From assembly GCA_907165135.1 (NCBI GenBank), contig OU015566.1, positions 4,278,001 to 4,342,000 on the forward strand: a stretch of DNA of 64,000 bases. Reading direction: 5' to 3'. The stretch is from Oikopleura dioica (taxonomy: Eukaryota > Animalia > Chordata). A program made the translations under genes and the position numbers. Positions 60,724 to 64,000 of the stretch are shown here, one piece after another; within the stretch, counting starts at the first letter, position 1, and every line of letters begins with the position of its first letter. Below the pieces are notes generated by a model. It had not been told where the DNA came from. It searched no databases and saw only the letters and a list, made by a program, of their open reading frames with translations.

Positions 60724-62235
60724 TCGATTTTCTTCAACCCCGTTTTGGCGCGAAAAATGACAACTATTTTAAACACAAATTATTCTTCGGATGCTCCGTA
60801 TAAAATGCTGAAAGAATCGCTTTAGAAATTGCTTCAGGATTCCGTTCAGGATTTTGGGTAAAAAAGCGGGATTAACGTGTGAATAAGGCCAAATTAATTA
60901 GCAACCAGCTCAACCTTTTCGAAAAATAATGAGGCGCTTGAATTGAGCATTCGCCAACAAAGTTATTTTCGCGAATTTTTAACACTCACTTTGTCCTTGA
61001 GTCGAGTTCGGGGCGAATCTGGAATGGATTTTTGCACAAAATCATTTGAAAAAATAAACAAGCATTAATTTTGAATAGGTATGATAAATAACAAAAATTA
61101 TAATTGTTTTGATTAAGGGAGCTAATGGAAGCGACATTTTGCGACATTTTGCGACATTTTGCGACAAAATAATCGATTTTTGCGACAATTTTTTGATCGA
61201 ATCTGATTGGCCAATTCGCCAAATATGGTTCTTTGATTGGCCAAAAGAATAATAAAAATTCGAGTCGCTATTTTTCTACGATTCGAGCCATCAAGTTGCC
61301 AATATCAGCGTTTCTCCCATAATAAAAATATTTTTGTTTTCTTCTTTTTCTTTTGAAAAAGGTAGGCACCATAAAAATCTCAAAATTAACAAACAACTCT
61401 TTTTGAACTATTCATAAATGGTTGATTATTTGAACATATTTCGATTTTCTTCTCGAAATTCCTTAGCCTCGTTTTTGGCGCGAAAAATGACAATTATTTT
61501 AAACGCAAATTATTTCTTCGGATCCTTTTTTGGCACGTATAAAATGCTGAAATCGCTGAATCGCTTTAGAAATTGCTTCAGGATTCCGTTCAGGATTTTG
61601 TCAAGCAAAAAAAAGCGGGATTAACGTGTGAATAAGGCCAAATTAATTAGCAACCAGCTCAACCTTTTCAAAAAATGAGGCGCTTGAATTGAGCATTCTC
61701 CAACAAAGATATTTTCGCGAATTTTTGACACTCACTTTGTCCTTGACTCCAGGTCGAAGCGGATTGACAATGGAATTTTTCTTTAATTTCAAATTTGAAA
61801 AATCATAAAAAGCTCCTCATATATAAATAATTATCTTAAAAGAAAATAAACGAGCATAAATTTCGAATAGTAATTATATATTATAAAATTTGCTATCAAT
61901 AAAAATAATCATCGATTTTTAAGAGGGGAACTAATGTTAGCGACATTTTGCGACATTTTGCGAGAGTTTGCGACATTCTGCGATACTTTGCGTTATTCGG
62001 CGACATTTCACTACATTCTGCGACATTTTGCGACGCTCGGCGACATTTGCGATGCTTTGCGATATTCGGCGACATTTAGCTATATTTTGCGACATTTTGC
62101 GACATTTCGAGGAAAAAATCGATTTTTGCGACATTTTTTCTATCGAAATCTGATTGGCCTACTCGCAAAATGCCCTTATTTGATTGGCTTAAAATTAAAG
62201 GAAATTTCAATTCGAAATTTTTTTCGATTCGAACC
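60724..62235. repeat. Diverged tandem duplication (~720-bp period) containing (GCGACATTTT)n tracts
   Basis: ttttggcgcgaaaaatgacaa, aaaaagcgggattaacgtgtgaataaggcc and gaggcgcttgaattgagcatt each occur twice, about 720-730 bp apart. The GCGACATTTT tract is expanded in copy 2. Confidence 0.8.
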
Positions 62236-62493
62236 AAAGTGCAAATATCAACCTTTCTCCCATTCGCCCAGTTATCACCGTTAGTCAGCGCTTAATTTTC
62301 AGACAGTTTCTAGCGCCGCTTTCGATCTAGCGCGCGCCGGCCTAGATGGCGCTCACGCTCGGCGATTCGCGCGTTTTCACGATAATAAAAGCGCGCGTTT
62401 TGCGCTTCTTCTGCATATCCAAATCCGCAAAAATCGAAATACTCGAAAACTTGTTCTTTTGAAAGCGAAGAAAAAAGCCAAGAACTGAGAAAA

Positions 62494-63627
62494 ATGAAAA
62501 TCTTCAACTTTTTGACTCTTGGAGCTTTTGCCAGTGAACTCGCCACTCCACACAGGTAAAGTCTTTTCCTCATTTCTAGTGATAAATCCAGCTCTAGAAA
62601 TCGACGAGAAGTTTCTCAGTCCTTCACCGGAGAAGAAGATTTGGATGTTTACAACGAATTTTTGGCTGGTCTTGCCGGTAAGTCCTTTTTTCTCCCAAAT
62701 TTTTTGTCTCGAATCGCGATTTTCGAGCTTTTTTTATTCAAAATTCTTCTTTAGGCGGAGAAGTTGACGACCTCGAGCAGCTGATCATGGATCTCATGGC
62801 TCAAGGAGGCAGCGAAAACGAACGATTCATCCAGGAACCGACCGAGCTTGAAGTCCGAAAATTCCGACAACTCAAGATCATCGTCCTTTGGCTCCAAGCT
62901 GAGCAGAAGTTTGGTCGATACTGCTACTACGGATGCTATTGGTGAGACTTAAAACCTCCCTCTAAGGGTCTTGACTGTTCTTTCTAGCCTTCCAGAGGGT
63001 TCGCACAACATCGCATCCGGCGGCTACGGTCGACCAGTCGACAACATCGATCAATCCTGCTTCGACTTCAAGCAGTGCTACAGATGCCTCGTCGAAGAAT
63101 ACGACGGCGAGCGAGAGTGCAAAGGCGAAGAAGTCGGCTACCGATTCGATCTTCTCACCAACGACGATGGCAGCAAAGATGTCGTCTGCACCAACACTCC
63201 CGGCAGCTGTCGATACAACATTTGCCAGTGCGATCTTCAGCTCGCCAGGGATTGGCCAAATACGAATCTGAGTGGGATGTTTCTTACCACTCTGCCAAGG
63301 TAAAAATAAATATTTTCAAAAAATTCAGCAGCCAATCAAAAGCCAGGATTTGTCTTCTTAGCCAATTAGAAGGCAGTTTTTTCTTAGCCAATCAAAACCA
63401 CCAGCTATGAGTCATTAAAAATGACTCATTTTCAACATTTTTTCACCCATTTTTCAACCCTTTTTCAGGGCGGTTTCGTCCGAGAAGACTACTGCCGAAA
63501 AGGAGCTCCAGCCGGAAACCCCATCGAAGAATGCTGTGGAGACAAGACCACTTTCCCACTGAACAAACCCCGCCGAAGCAACCAATGCTGCGACGGACCA
63601 ACTGCCAAGCCAGCTGGTCAATGTTAA
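62494..63627 (+). CDS. Secreted phospholipase A2-like protein with substituted catalytic residues; apparent 1-nt frameshift near 63248
   Basis: Signal peptide MKIFNFLTLGAFA, then YGCYC...GGYGRPVDNIDQSCFDFKQCYRC and CRYNICQCD. Stop at 63625-63627. Confidence 0.8.
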
Positions 63628-64000
63628 TTTTAAGCTCTTCTTCTTGTTTTTGACGAAAAAGGAACAAAAATGCCTGAAAACGGTGATTTTTTCCTTGAGT
63701 TTCAAATATTTGAAACGCGAACTTTTTGCTTGTTCTCTTTCTTTCTTTTGTATCACTGTACATATACAAACAAACTACACTGCAACTTGCGATTTGTAAG
63801 AAATCTTAAATAAATAAAAATCTCAAAAATAATCTCCAAATGTTTCTTCCTCTAAAATTCAGCCGCAGAAAGTGATTGTTATTTACTCAAGAACTTTGGT
63901 TATTGACGCCCTTATTTCATTTTTAGAAGAAAAAAAAATAAGGGGGTAACCATAGCAAATTGAGACGAAAATCGTCGAGAAAATCCAATAAGCGATGTCT

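Noticed and set aside
61934-62284. ORFs such as MLATFCDILREFATFCD...
   Set aside because: Translations of the GCGACATTTT repeat tract.

Overview
Compact, AT-rich animal DNA with many very short introns. By gene density, intron size and repeat types it most resembles the larvacean tunicate Oikopleura (inference; no search run). About 17 protein-coding loci can be supported: an acidic EF-hand protein, a divergent CAP, a claudin-like protein, a ~3000-aa apoB/apolipophorin-type lipid transfer protein, a divergent beta-catenin/plakoglobin, an FCS zinc-finger protein, MIOS, SLC3A2-like, GLCE, a kringle(+ZP-like) protein, a dienelactone-hydrolase-like protein, an SLC7 transporter, a PLA2-like protein and several orphans. 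The mobile fraction is rich and several elements have exact target-site duplications (TSDs): an internally deleted gypsy-type LTR retrotransposon with identical LTRs inserted inside a small palindromic MITE, two 9-bp-TSD foldback/MULE-like elements, an 8-bp-TSD hAT-like MITE, and a 1.9-kb 8-bp-TSD element that is almost entirely a giant palindrome built from four copies of its own terminus. A ~2-kb 42-bp tandem array with higher-order structure stays open in reading frames on one strand. Best leads: the giant palindromic element, a degron-less beta-catenin, a CAP lacking WH2/polyproline but with a lipidation-type N-terminus, and a candidate SLC3A2-MIOS operon. Exon boundaries were inferred by eye, and single-base frameshifts near homopolymers may be assembly errors.
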